Shown: positions 12,234-23,795 of the stretch, in pieces
Numbering within the stretch: the first letter of the stretch is position 1
Layout of the letters: the number at the start of each line of letters is the position of its first letter
Source of the DNA: Tricharina praecox
Taxonomy: Eukaryota
NCBI RefSeq assembly: GCF_024521635.1
Contig: NW_026250421.1
Location: forward strand, 620,001-684,000
Direction: 5' to 3'
Length of the DNA stretch: 64,000 nucleotides
Notes under the pieces: model-generated
What the model was told of the DNA's origin: nothing
The model's database searches: none
The model's input: only the letters and a program-made list of their open reading frames with translations
Translations under genes and position numbers: made by a program

Positions 12234-15204
12234 ATGGTGACAACCACACTAGAAGCAGCACAGAGGTATATACCCGATGCGCGCCTCTTCCTGTTCCCAC
12301 GTTCCCAGCTGATATGTCCAGTTTCCCATTACCGGAAATCCCGGTGAAGCTGCGATGTAATATTTGCAGCGGTCTTGCCCGCGGCGCTGTACGACTACCC
12401 TGTTGCGAACAGGCGATCTGCGATACATGTGAGGCGCCTCCGAAACCCTCGACGATAAATAAACTTCGTGAGACTAATGTCTATCTCGATAGGTCGTTCC
12501 AATCTTCCCGGTGTTTGTCCTGTATGTGATCATTCACCATTGAATGCCGACGACTGCAAACCAAATTCCGCCTTGCGGACTACAGTCGCTGTCTTCTTAA
12601 GGACGGCCGAGAAGAAGCATGCGCTCGCGCTGCAGAAGGAACAGAAGGCTACACAGCAGCAGCAACAGCAGCAACAACAGAAACCGCCAATCCGAGAGCC
12701 TACACCCACTCCCGAAGTCAAGGCCCAGGAACCACAATCGACAGAAAATGCGCCTTTGGTGACTGCCGAAGAGTCATCAGCGACATCGGTGGCGAACCCT
12801 AACACGCCGGTTGCAGGACCCGCAATATTGGCGCCAACAAATGAAAATCAACAACGCACTCCCGGATCCTATAAGGTCTGCAAATTTGTTCCCATATTAC
12901 AGGATACGGGCTAATGATTTGCCTTTAGCCCGACACCGATAACTCTCCATCAGGAAGCACCGAGGCGACCGACGTGAAAACCGGTGCCAACGGAGTCGTA
13001 CCACAGATGGAATACAACCAACAAAATGGCTGGTTCAACGGACAGCAGATGAACAATATGGGCCAACCCATGTTCCCGGGCCAAGAAATGGTCGGAGCCG
13101 GATGGGGATACAATCCTATGCAGGGCGGTTGGGACAACGGATACGTCAATGGCATGATGGGTAAGTTTTCTATTCCGAGCACGAACATTCGGGGTTCGCT
13201 AACTCGATTTCAGGATATCCGATGATGAATCCGATGGCCATGGCACAATCGGGATATGGTGGGGGTAACTTTGGAAGCATGGGCGGCGTTGGAGGGTTCA
13301 ATGGACAGAATGGAGGGGACATGGGCGGCTGGAATAATGGCTGGAATGGTCAGAATAATATGGGATTCAACCAAGGGATGGCTATGCGTAATGGTGGATA
13401 CAATTATGCTCCGTCTGCTGCGGGTGGATATAATCACCAGCAAGTGCCATCGTCACAACAATATCAAAATCCGCATTTTCAGCGGCAACAGAACATCCCG
13501 AGAGGTGGTGGTTTCACTGGTGCCACCGCAGGAAGCCGTCCTTTCAATTCTTCTGACCCTATTCAGCAGCAACAATCGCAGCAGCAGCGACAGCGACAGC
13601 ATCCGTCGCAGGAAGGTTCGCAGGAAGGCCAGCAGGAGCAAGCGCAGGATGGTCAACAATCTCTGGAGCAGGATTCCACACTTCAGGGTCAGATTGAAGG
13701 TATTGGAGAGGCGAAGGGAGGTGCATCATCCATCACAGGTGAAACTAAAGGAGAAAAGATCCCGTCTATCGTGTCGGGCGACCTAGATGACCAAGATGCC
13801 ACAGCTGCCATCACCACCACCACTACTACTACCACCGCCACTACGGCTGGGATCGACTCGGAGGCTCCTGGGGAGACGGAATCCACCGTCCTTGCCGGTG
13901 CTGACAACGAGAACGATATTATCCCGGAACAAGAGCAGCAGGAAGGGAGCGGACTCCAGCCCATTTCCTCTGTCATCCCAATAACTCCCCTGCAGCCAGC
14001 TGAAATGTATCATCACGACGACTATTCAATGGGCGGAATGGGACAAGGATACCCAATGGGTGGTTTCCCACCATATGCAAACTTCCCAGTTAATAATGGG
14101 TTTGGTCCGCCGGGTGTACGCAATGGATTCCGTAACGGATTTGTGGGAAACAACAATAATAGAGCAGGATTCCGCGGCGGATTCAATGGTGGAATGCGAG
14201 GCGGCCCTGGTCACTTCGATGCTCCTCCTGGTCCCCCGATGGGAATGATGCCTAATGCGATTCCAGTCGATAAGATGATGCCGGGCGCTATTGTCGGGAA
14301 GGGCGTTGAGGGTGCACCTACGGGCCCGAAGGCTATGCGCGAAGGCAGGCCGAACCGGGGGATGATGCCGCGTGGTGGAGGAAGTTTCTCTGGCAGGGGC
14401 GGATACAATGGCGCTGGGTCGAGCTGGTCTAGGAGGTAGGAACACATCCCTGTGTATTGTTTGTTATGGAATTTAACAAAGCGTAGTATGTCACCGAACG
14501 ACCGAACAGATCGCACTGATCGAGGCCGCTCCTACAGCCGCTCCCTCTCACCAGGCCGTGATCGCTCCCGTGATCGCTCCCGTAGCCGCTCCCGCCCGCG
14601 CCGTCGCCATTCCCCCACCGACCGTGACCGTGACCAGGAGAGAACTTCCATCTCCCCCGAACGCGAGCGCGAACGCGATCTCACTCCCAAGCGCGATGCC
14701 ACCCCGGAGCCCACTGTCGCAGACGATATCCCCGCCTCACCTACCGCCGCTGGCGCAGGAACCAAGCGCTCTCGCTCCCCCTCTCTAGTGGCCAACGAGC
14801 GCGCTGGATCCCGCTCCCGATCCCGCTCCCGCCATAAGCGATCCCGCCGTCATGATAAAGAGAAGAGGAGTAGCGGTCATAAGAGCAGTCGGCACCATCG
14901 CAGCCACCGTAGCGGCAGGAAACACCGCCGCTCGAGGTCCAGGAGCCGTGGCGACCGTGTTGACTCTCCTGCGCGCGGTGAAGAGGACGAGGATGGTACC
15001 AAAGAGAGGAGACGTCACAGACATGACAGGGACCGTGAGCGAAGGCACCGAAGACACCGCCGCCACCGCAGCACGGAGAAGGATGGCGGCGAAGAGAAGA
15101 AGGACAAGGAGAGAGAGCGAAGGGTCAGCTACAAGTACGAGGATGAGGGAGACCTCGAGAGAAGAGCAGAGAGGGATAGGGAGGCGGAAAGATGGGTGAA
15201 ATAG
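12234..15204 (+). CDS. RING-finger protein with Gly/Asn/Met-rich low-complexity middle, RGG boxes and RS/RD-rich C-terminus (probably nuclear RNA-processing, MPE1/RBBP6-like RING); 6 exons
   Basis: In-frame exons 12234-12265, 12322-12428, 12493-12875, 12929-13160, 13214-14435, 14487-15204. CNIC...LPCCEQAICDTC...CPVC RING, GAPTGPKAMR motif and RS repeats. Confidence 0.8.
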
Positions 15205-15741
15205 GCGGGTGTATGATTGAAGGGAGTATGATTTGGATTGGATTGCGAATGAGTACAGGCAATTAAGGTGTACTTTTACTACGTTACTTTACTACACGTT
15301 ATGATTGATATGCTGGGCGACATACCATGGGGGGATGTGTTTTTTTGTTTATGATTCTTACTGCTATGTTGAGTTGCATTGGATACGAGGAAAGGTCATG
15401 TGGATAATAAATGAAGACGGATTCTCAACTCTGGGTCTCGGTCATGTGCATCACTCGTCAGCTGCCGATACATCTCGTCTGACGAGGTCCAGACTGATGG
15501 TCGGTACATCAGATAAAGGGACTCAAAATCAAGGAACAGATGAACTATGTAGCTTCATGGTGAATTTATTGAGCCGTTCAAAGAAGAAGGCTGGCTCCCT
15601 ACTTCTATAGACTCCACTCCACTCATCACGTTTGAAAAAGCTTGCCGGAGGACAAAGCCTCAACGATTCTCTATTCCTCGGTAGATAAAAGCAGCCCACT
15701 TCTTCCGTACTTGCCACCATCTCCCAAACACAATCATACCT

Positions 15742-15789
15742 AACCACAAACAACCACAAACAACCACAAACAACCACAAACAACCACAC
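15742..15789 (+). repeat. 10-bp tandem repeat (AACCACAAAC)n in the putative 5' UTR of the small Zn-finger ORF
   Basis: About 4.5 perfect copies visible. Confidence 0.85.
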
Positions 15790-15813
15790 ATCACCAACAT
15801 TCCCACCAACAAA

Positions 15814-16134
15814 ATGTTTCAAGAAGAACAAAACGGTTCAAGAAGAATGAAGCTAGAACAGCGCCTCTCCAAGTTCCACACAGCCGTGAAATCCGCCACG
15901 TACCGCTGGAAATGTACGAACTGCGGGACCAAGAACTCGATGGCCACCATGGTGTGCGCCAACACCCGCTGCCTGCAGAAGTGTACCGAGCAGGATTTCA
16001 TCAACCACCAGCGGCGCTGCGGCAAGGGTGTGGGTTTCGCAACTAAGGCCGATGTCAGGGAGGGCATCGAGTCGGAGGACGAGAGTGTCGCCAGAGCGGC
16101 CGCGGGCGATCATACTCCTTGGAATAGGCTTTGA
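15814..16134 (+). CDS. Small hypothetical protein with RanBP2-like zinc finger
   Basis: Good start context (CAAAATG), C/G-ending codon bias, and the motif W-x-C-x2-C-x3-N-x6-C-x4-C (WKCTNCGTKNSMATMVCANTRC). Confidence 0.55.
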   Translation: MFQEEQNGSRRMKLEQRLSKFHTAVKSATYRWKCTNCGTKNSMATMVCANTRCLQKCTEQDFINHQRRCGKGVGFATKADVREGIESEDESVARAAAGDHTPWNRL

Positions 16135-16517
16135 GCCACGGGTCCGTGGAAGTCTTCTGGATTCTGGAACGCCGCTCGGTCCGGGGAAGGAACGGTGTTT
16201 TGCGAGATGCCGTTCCGGGACTGCTGGGAAGGTGAGTGATCCACTCGCCGCTTGCTCACGGCATCCACCCTGAACGAATCCGCACAGGAACAGAAATACT
16301 CGTTGAGTCTCGGTGTCGGTGGATCCTACTTCCGTGGCCAGACTCGAAATCCGGTTCCCATCGAGCTCTCGTATCTACCCCCAATACTGGCAGTGCAAAT
16401 GATCAGTTTGGGGGCAAAGGGACCGTCGAAGTAAAAATTTGGAGGACAGGTATAATACTCTATAAGCAATGGCCACTGCTGTTGACTTTGCGGCGAGGAG
16501 GGTAGTTAGCACGCGGT

Positions 16518-16650
16518 CTATATATACGGAATAGAATTCTATATAAACAGAATAGACTTCTATATACACACACTAACCTTCTATATACACATGTAAATAA
16601 ACTTCTATATACCCGAAATAAACTTCTACAAACACAAAACAAACTTCTCT
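16518..16650. repeat. Degenerate AT-rich ~21-25 bp minisatellite (core AACTTCTATATA)
   Basis: About 6 imperfect units seen directly. Confidence 0.7.
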
Positions 16651-17385
16651 AGTACCTACGCAATCACCCATAGAATGTATGTATGCTTCGACGGTCACGG
16701 GGACTCGTTGGGTCGTTCTGGAGTACCTAGAGTAGAGTAGAGTACAAATCTCCACCATCCACAGATGTAGTCGAGCCATAAGTAGGGACTCTACATACTC
16801 TAGTTTGTCTCGCACAAGTCGTAACCCGTTCTGGGCCTGGGCAGATTGGCGGCGCTAGCCTTCTCCGAGTAGGGATTGGCGCGGCGAGACAGGAGCCGCC
16901 GTGGCTGTGGCTGTGGCGGCTACCTGAAATCTCAAAAACTGAATACTTTCCAAACACGATCAACCCGATAGGTAAGTTGCTGTCTTTCTAACGTGAGATA
17001 GAACGAGGTGTGTGTGCTATTGGCCCCAGTGAACCAATGGATATACGGCAGAGGTGCTCGGATGAGGCTTGGAGGCACCGGCTTCGTCGATTTGCCACGG
17101 TAGTTAAGGGTGATGGGGTATATCCTCTTGCTGGTTCTTTTGCCTTTGAAATTGGGGTAGCTTTCTCTGTCTCATAATGCAGTGTTCGACCGTGGCCGGG
17201 GGTTAGAACTGGGTTTCCTTTTCCGGCGTTTGCACTGGCACCGGAGTGATGGCTTGTGAGTCGCATGCAGTCTGGTAAGGCATTATCTATGTGGGTATTA
17301 TATTGGATCTAACTATGCCGTACAAGTACACATACACATACACAAGGAAGCAAGCCCAATCTAGTCCATCCGCCCATCTCACCCC

Positions 17386-18323
17386 CTACAACCGATCGGC
17401 AACATACGCTGCCGCCTCGCCACTATCATCCTCATACTACCCAGCCGTCAGCCACATTCACTCCGCACCCTAAGGGGCAGGAAGTACTTACATTCGCATG
17501 AGCATCCAGCGGGATCGGCAGGCCGTCGCAGATGAGATCTCCATCGTGGCAGAAAGTCTTAACGTTATTGTTCAACGAGCCGGGGAAGGCGTCTCCATTG
17601 TTTGGATCACCAAAGAGGACGATCGCTCCAATCTTGGAATATAGCGAGGTGGCCAGGAGAGCCGCAGCTTTGTGCGTTACTTGCGCACCCTGGCTGAACC
17701 CGCTGAGCACGATCTTGGAGCTGGGACACTGTGTCGATGCAAGCTTGACGCTCTTGGCCATGTCTTTTGCGCCCGCTGTGCTGCCGCCGATGAGGAAGTC
17801 CCCTGTGTGTGCAGTGGTTAGTCGACGGGTCGAGAAGCGAGCGGAAAGAGACGCAAACGTACAAACCGTAGCGGGGTAGTCATTGACTCCCTGGATTATC
17901 ACGCGGCCCGGCTCGAGTTTCTCGAGGTCGATGAAGAACATGGGGCCGACATCGTCACCAACATTTCCTTCTTTGGTCAGCGGCGCCCTCGCAACACCCG
18001 TCACGGGGAAACGAACCAGGCTCAGTAGTCCCCCTTGCAAAGATGACGATGATGTCCGCGCACTTCCCCTCGTTCAGCTCGTTCCGTGTGGTCACGACGC
18101 CGGGAATCCCCTCATCGCTGTCTCCGCGCCGCCGCAGCGCCTCCTTCCGTGCTTGGTGGGCGTCGTGGACTGCCTTGAAGCTGTGCTCCAATGCCTCGGC
18201 GGGTGTGTAGGCGATCTGGCTGGGGAGATCTGGGAGGCCGGCGAGACGTGGGTCCAGCTCCACTGCCCGGGAGGCTGCGAGGAGCGGGAGTGCGAGTAGG
18301 AAGAGGCTGCGGATAGTGAGCAT
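17386..18323 (-). CDS. Cutinase (CE5), secreted, multi-exon
   Basis: Signal peptide MLTIRSLFLLALPLLAASRA; CADIIVIFARGTTEPG; GVNDYPA; CPSSKIVLSGFSQGAQV; LFGDP; FCHDGDLIC...AH. Last exon YEDDSGEAAAYVADRL*. Confidence 0.93.
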
Positions 18324-18367
18324 TGTGCTTGATCTGGAGATGGAATCGAAGGGACGGGACGTGGAAG

Positions 18368-18595
18368 TTTATATGCCTCCCTCCATTCCTCCCTCCCGCC
18401 CTTCCCTCCCTCCCTCCCTCCATCCCTCTTTCTTCGTCCCCCTCATCCAGTCGCTTAGCCATCGGTCCCGTGGCTAACCAGGAGCACATGCTTTGTACGT
18501 ACGTACCGACATATCACACATACCAATCATCGACAGATCAGCCACTTGCGATCCGCGGGCACGGTATCGGCGGCTTCCGTAGCCAGCATCCTCGG
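18368..18595 (-). promoter_or_regulatory. Cutinase promoter: TATAAA (~18368-18373, minus strand) and CCTCGG/CCGAGG site (18590-18595)
   Basis: TATAAA lies about 45-50 bp upstream of the ATG. CCGAGG is the known FarA/FarB (CTF1 family) core. A single hexamer is weak evidence. Confidence 0.4.
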
Positions 18596-20387
18596 CCATG
18601 CCAACTTCATGCGTGCCCATCGCCGGTCCAAGACTCCAGAGAAAAAATCTCTTTTGGCGGCCAAACATGCGCGACATACAAACGTTTGGCCAATCACAGT
18701 GCCGCGGGAGGGATCGTGGCAGCAGCGTGCAACAAGGTATGTACATATCTAGGATAAAATAATATTCCGATATGGGGGTTTGCGGAGAAGCGTCTAGATA
18801 CATTCCTGCATAGGCTGTCAGAGCAGAAGGAGATGGAGGGGGGGGGGGTGTCACTCTGTTTTAGCGAGCGTTTTTGACTCGTCTGGGCACGGGAAACAGG
18901 GGCCGCCAGTTTATCCGATTGGCCAGAGCATGGCACGGACGCAATTCAGGCGCGGCGGTAAGTAAAACGGACTGGCGGGGGCGCGGTAGCGGGTCGGCGT
19001 TACCGATCGATGACCACTGATAGGTATCTGGAGCGCTGTACTGAGGTATGGCAGGGTAGAGTACACAGGAATGTCCGTTGACATCGACATCGACATCGAC
19101 GTCGGTTCCTGCATGCGGACAATAGTTACTTATGCACTGTCGGCGCTGCAGGTTATGTATTCCTCCTAGGAGTTTTTCCTTTCTGCCAGTCCTACATACG
19201 TGCCTACGTACTCTACGTACGGAAACCGCCGCTCCCCAGAGCCTATATGTAGATCTCGTCCACCCCAGTAAATCAAGCGCAAAGCGGGGTTGCGTGTACA
19301 TACAGTTACACTTTTTCTTCGCCTTTTGTGGACATGCTGTCCGCGATGATCCAGATGGGTAGGTGAACCGTGGGGTACGAAAAAAACTGGAGGGAAAACG
19401 ATCACTAGACGTCGATGTCCACGTTGTGGTACGTTTCTCACGCGGAGGTGTCACGGTTCACGAACCGGTGGCGGATGGGCGCAACTGATACAAGTGGCAA
19501 CTTGTAAGAACCGAGGGACGGGTGCTTGGAAGCCTGGCTGGTTCTTACCTAGGTATTTCCTTACGATGGAATGGGAGTATCATATGTACATACACAGCAG
19601 ACATCGACATCGGACATGGTCTGGTGGCGAGGTCGGCCAACCGGGATAGTGCGTCATGCATAATCACTCATCTTTCCATTCTTCGCGCAAAATGCTCTGG
19701 AAGTAGAGTTTCCGTGGATAGCCCGGACATGTACACACTATCGAAGCATGTGTCGCCGATGGTTTTGATATGTACCTGCCTAGATTATGTACGCCTACCT
19801 ACGTGTATTGTGTAAGTATGTTGATATGGAAGGAGAGCGTGTATAGTATTATAGTAGGTATTATATAGGCAGATTGCGTAGTGGAGCTCATATAGGTACT
19901 ATAGAAAGTTTATTTTCCGTGTGTATATAGAACGAGTATATGCTACTATTCTCTCCGTAGTCTAGCAGTCACTGTTAACTTTCTATCTATCGATTAGCCA
20001 CCTAGGCAGTCTGTTCAATATACACCCCCGCGGGGGCCCACGTGGATCCCCTGGCCCGGAAAGTACCACTCAGGTTAATATATCACACTGCTAAGCACGC
20101 AAACTACCTACCTACCATACACACTGCCCAGTATATACAGCGACGGAGATAGTTACAGAGGGGCTTTCTGGGATCCATCGCTGCGAGCCGCGGGTATCGG
20201 TGTCGGAAGTGATAGTGGGCTTCGGAGGGTAGTGCGTAGGTCGCGGGGAACGGGAGGGTTCTGTAGCATGTGTACATCCATGCCGTCACCGTGTCGGGTC
20301 GGATCAAGTCGGTATCGAAGTACCTATCGAAGCACGGCATCGCAGGCGTTGATTCGAGTTCACGGGCTTTATTGGTAGCCCCCGAAC

Positions 20388-20662
20388 CAGTGTTCTCCAT
20401 AGTCCAGTCCAGTCCGTCCGGACCCATGGACGGGACTGGACTACATACATCCAGTCCGTCCGGAGGTGTCTGTCGGACGGAATAGTCCACCGGTAAGGTC
20501 AGACGGGGCGGACTGCAGTCGATTGCAGTCCAACCCCGTCCTGCAAATTGGCGGAGGGGACGGACTGCTTTTATCCCGTCCTCCAAAAGGCATGGACGGG
20601 ACTGGGTTTTTGCAGTCCGTCCCGTCCGGACTGCAGTCTGGACCGAACTATGGAGAACACTG
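20388..20662. mobile_element. Non-autonomous hAT-type MITE, 275 bp
   Basis: Perfect 16-bp TIR CAGTGTTCTCCATAGT / ACTATGGAGAACACTG, extending to 25 bp with 2 mismatches. Perfect 8-bp TSD CCCCGAAC (20380-20387, 20663-20670). Many internal GGACTG/CAGTCC and GGACGG/CCGTCC motifs. Confidence 0.92.
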
Positions 20663-20890
20663 CCCCGAACTCGGGAACTGGTCGTCGAGCTGGTTTGGTG
20701 CCTTCGAATCTTCAAGGGTATACAGTGCCCCGGAGACTTGGAGAGGATGTATGGAGGGATCGCGATCCAGCTGGCTCTTCGCTTGGCCTCGAGGCCTAGA
20801 AGTTGAATCTACTAGGTATATCGTCCGTCACCACTACGCACTCGCTGCGAGTTCCGCTCACCGACAGGAACGGGTGCACGGACTGCAGAC

Positions 20891-21842
20891 GGGGTGGAGG
20901 GACCCGCTACCTGCAGCAGTATGGCATCCGACCTCTGCCACCACCATCGCTTGCCTACCTGAAACGCGGTATCTCCGAAGCCAAGTGGAGGGAAGCCAAG
21001 GGATGGGCGGACAACAGGATCACTCACAAGAAGTATCGGTACAGCCGGAAATCCGGCCAGCGACCCGACCCAAATCCAGAGATGGCCACCAAGCACCTCG
21101 CCTCGAGGTTCTACCAACTCAAGACAGGACACTGCCTCACCGGCCGATACCTCCAGTGGACGAAAAGCCGCCCGGACGCCCGCTGTGGCTGGTGCCGCTA
21201 CAAGACACAGACCCGGGAGCACCTCTTCAAAAATTGCCCTGAATGGAAAAGTCAGCAAAAGACACTATGGGCAGAAGTCCGGAAGCAGACAAGGAGGGGC
21301 AAAGACCGCTTCAAAATCCGGGACCTCTTCGCAGACGAGCGATGCACCAAGGCCATGCTAGAGTTCCTCTTCTCCACTGATGTGGGCAGACGGATGCCAG
21401 AGGCCATGGAGGAAGATGCAGCGAGTGAGATATTCGAGTGGGAGCTCAGGGAGCGGGAGGAAAGGGAGGCGGACCTTAGGCGAGAGGAGGAGGAGGGTGC
21501 TGAGGTTGAGGTCGAGGAGGCGGGTTCGCGCCCGCTGTTCCTTCTCACACCTTCCTTCATGGCATCTGCCGATGAAGAGGCAGAAGGCGGCGACGAGGAC
21601 TAGTGACTTGCGGTGAGGCAGGGACGAGTCGAGGGAGTGGAAGTTGTCTTTTTCTAGTTTCATTTCTTTGGTGCGCTCATACATCTTCGGGACAGGCCAC
21701 GGCGGGAGTAGGGAAAGCCACATCGGACCGCCTAACGAAAGTTGGGCTAGACAGTGGCGAGAAAATGTGGGGGGGGAGCGAACGGGCAGATATTGCCATG
21801 ATATAGGTCGCACGCAATCAATGAATGAACAAAAAAAAAGAA
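20891..21842 (+). mobile_element. 5'-truncated non-LTR retrotransposon (LINE, Tad1-like ORF2 C-terminus + 3' UTR + A-tail), copy 1
   Basis: ORF2-type C-terminus QLKTGHC...CGWC-x7-EHLFKNC zinc knuckle. A-rich tail at ~21831-21842. Perfect 14-bp TSD CACGGACTGCAGAC (20877-20890, 21843-21856). Homologous to 60351-60922. Confidence 0.9.
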
Positions 21843-22497
21843 CACGGACTGCAGACTGCTCGGTCACTGGCGGAACTGGACGTAGCGTATGGGATCTTTG
21901 CTAGCCGTCTTGACTGGACGGCATCACATGGATAAGCGATAGAAATGGTTCTCATGAAGGAGGATTGAACCTAGCAGATGGCCGTGCGAGATGTGCTACC
22001 TGGTAACCGGTGGATCGGGCGAGCTATGCTTCGATTCCCTGCCGCCGGTAGTGGATTATGGTATGGTACACGCTCGCTTCACCAAAGATATACACAGGGC
22101 TTCACTGAGGCATGCAGTGGCACACCGATGACCAAGTAATGGATATTCGATTCACGATATCTCATGCAATCCCCCCGCTCACCCCCAGCTAAATATTCAT
22201 AACCCACCACCTCATCACCTCATCGCCTCATCACCTCATCACCCCATCACCTCCTCTCCTTAGCACTTCATCACTTCCTCTTCTCCCCACCTTCGCCTTC
22301 GCCGCCTCAGCGACATGCCGCGCCCACTCTCTGGGCGCGCAGACTCTGTGGCAACTGCAGTTCAGGCAGACCATGCTAGTCAGTGGAGTCTGCTGTCCGC
22401 ACGTCGAGCAGGGCCAGAGGAAGGGTGCTGTTGTTGGCAGTCATGTTGTATGTAAAATTGTGTTTGTATTTGTGGATTTGTTATTTGGTTGGTCAGG

Positions 22498-22599
22498 GAG
22501 AAGATGAGAAGATGAGAAGATGAGAAGATGAGAAGATGAGAAGATGAGAAGATGAGAAGATGAGAAGATGAGAAGATGAGAGAAGATGAGAAGATGAGA
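22498..22599. repeat. (GAGAAGAT)n 8-bp microsatellite
   Basis: About 12 copies visible. Confidence 0.95.
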
Positions 22600-23099
22600 A
22601 CAGACGGCTGTTAGACAGACGGATGAGGGTGCAGTGGTGGGAGAGGGAGAGGAAGAGAGACTTTATGCCTCCTAGGATCCGGGCGTACATATTGAAAGAC
22701 CGACTTCGTGAATCGTGATGCAAGCCGTTGAAGCGCGAGGGTTTCGGCTGGTCGCTGGCAACTGCGAGATGGAAAGTCGTCTACAACTCGAGTCTTGGAA
22801 CTCATCTTGCTTCAAGATGCCGCTTGGAGTCCCGTACCGTACCGTAATCCTCTCGGCCGTCGCTGATGCGGGCGGGGAAAATATGCGGTTTCTCAAGTGA
22901 TGAATACAACAAATTACTCCCGAGCCAAGCGTGCTGTTCTGATATGAAACGGCCCGACGGATTGCGCAGTGCTCCACCATCGGAGGCCGCTAGCTTGTGT
23001 CCGGATTAGCAGTGGTGAGTATCACTCATGCTCACTCGTCCAAACAGTAATTATTCGTTTATTTTCATAGATCTTTGAAGGCTACTACCAACATAAGCG

Positions 23100-23171
23100 G
23101 CTCTGGTGGCCAAGCGGTAAGGCGCATCACTAGTAATGATGAGATCCGCGGTTCAAATCCGCGTCAGAGCT
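23100..23171 (+). tRNA. tRNA-Thr (anticodon AGT), intronless
   Basis: Acceptor GCTCTGG/TCAGAGC, A-box TGGCCAAGCGG, anticodon arm CATCA-CTAGTAA-TGATG, T-arm CGCGG-TTCAAAT-CCGCG, followed by a T-run Pol III terminator. Confidence 0.96.
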
Positions 23172-23720
23172 TCTTTTTTTGCCCATCATTTTTGTTTTCC
23201 CCCATCCCGGCATGTACAATAGCAAACACATGAGGCTGAGGATGACAGCGGCTGTGGATGACATCAGCCATCATGGACGCATGACGTTGGCACGACGCCT
23301 TTACCGGTGAGACGGCGTAGAGTAGAGTAGAGAGTACTCTCGTACATGAGTGCTGCGCAAAATCGCCATGGCTTTTGGAGGTTTCATGGGATATGATGGC
23401 CACAGGGGGGTATTCGGGCTTTGCAAGCATCGTTCGATACGTGCAGCGAGTCGCGAGTCTGCGGCGTTGTTGTTGTTTATGCCCACATACATGTTCGGCA
23501 CGACTGAGGACTCGACGTTCAGCCCCGGTCTTGGCGTTTGCTCTCTGCTCTGTATACAAACTTTCCCGCCGTGCGCGACGGGCTCAATCAAGTAGATATG
23601 CGCGGCTGGCACCAGATCGTCGTGCAGTCGCCTGCGCATAAGACTACTCTACCTCCTAGTAGGTAGCCGTCGGAGATGCGACTCTCTTTCTCTCCAGGTC
23701 TCTCCAGGCTTCCCGACCGA

Positions 23721-23795
23721 CCGTCAACTCAGGTCCGTCAACTCAGGTCCGTCAACTCAGGTCCGTCAACTCAGGTCCGTCAACTCAGGTCCGTG
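23721..23795. repeat. 14-bp tandem repeat (CCGTCAACTCAGGT)x5
   Basis: Five perfect copies visible. Confidence 0.95.
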
